From: Rhina ancylostomus
Lineage: Eukaryota
Assembly: GCA_030265395.1 (NCBI GenBank)
Contig: JARFYF010000056.1
Span: 28,296,905 to 28,360,904, forward strand
Direction of reading: 5' to 3'
DNA: 64,000 nt
Below, piece by piece: positions 63,179 to 64,000 of the stretch (position 1 is the first letter of the stretch; each line of letters starts with the position of its first letter). The notes beneath the pieces were generated by a model. It was given only the letters and a program-made list of their open reading frames with translations, ran no database searches and was not told the DNA's origin. A program made the translations under genes and the position numbers.

Positions 63179-64000
63179 CTGAAACACAATAAGTGTAATC
63201 AGTAACTGATCTGCAACACCAACCAACACACCCTCCTTCCACACACTTGCCCATATCACGTGTGAACTAGTCCTATATAAATCTAGTAACAAGAAGTTTA
63301 AGTATTTCAGGGTTTCAAAAAGCACAAAATATCTCATCAAATGTGCTTTAGTGAAACTGCTTAACGTATACATCTATTGCTCTGGCATCTCAGATGTGAG
63401 AAAGATCCACATTTAAAGCATGTACATCATTCTTGTACTTTATCATTGGGCAAATCTGGGGCGGGAAATAAATGCTTTCCATCCAATGGCGCCTGCATTC
63501 AGATCAAGGCTGATGGAACAGCAGCTCTGGATATGTTTGAAGGAATCACAGTCAGAAAATCCCACTCCTTTGGACACATTGCCTAGGTGGAATCAATGCT
63601 TGAACCCTGCACGCCATCACCAATAGTGCAATGCAAGACTGATGATGACCCTGGACTAGGCCAGCATTCACATGGATGTGAATAATCAAGGCTGATTCAC
63701 TCTACCTGGTCTCAGTGTGCCCTTAATTCAACATGGTGAGGAACAGACGATCTCATGGCAATTGTCAAGCCTCAGCCAGGTGCAAGCAACCATTAGATAG
63801 ATACAAACAAAGTTGACTGGAAATGAAATATTCTTTCATTGTCAAGATTTGTGGATAATGACCAAGTACGGATTGAAATCATACATAAAAGCCTTCGATC
63901 AGATTATTTGGGTCAAATTAGTACAAATGCCAAGTGGCATTTTAATTAAAATTCACTTAATTTTAATTAATACTGCACCTATGCTTCAGAGAAATAGTTG

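Noticed and set aside
1-64000. CRISPR arrays, rRNA, operons or prokaryotic defence systems
   Set aside because: None seen; the window is spliced vertebrate gene sequence with interspersed repeats

Overview
Vertebrate genomic DNA, not prokaryotic. The repeat content (V-SINE/HE1-type SINEs, DeuSINE remnants, CR1, Rex1/Babar-like and RTE-like LINE fragments) suggests a cartilaginous fish, probably a ray or sawfish (inference). Two intron-rich genes lie tail to tail. On + are the last five coding exons of LRSAM1 (SAM domain, PSAP motifs, RING finger; stop at 4361-4363). On - are 26 phase-consistent coding exons of FKBP15/WAFL (3628 coding nt, 63178 down to the stop at 9081-9083); its first exons lie beyond the right edge. 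Most ORF-track entries are intronic or repeat noise. Most notable observations: (1) short, often palindromic insertions with degenerate minimal hammerhead-ribozyme cores, some flanked by target-site duplications; (2) two candidate in-frame microexons in a FKBP15 intron with UG-repeat and UGCAUG context; (3) a FKBP15 PPIase domain more FKBP12-like than the human one, plus a near-perfect FAM21-type LFa motif; (4) an LTR nested in a DeuSINE; (5) V-SINEs with two different LINE-derived tails; (6) a possible intronic-polyadenylation, RING-less LRSAM1 isoform. Exon boundaries were read by hand. Repeat boundaries are approximate. Comparisons with human proteins and repeat consensi are from memory, not database searches.
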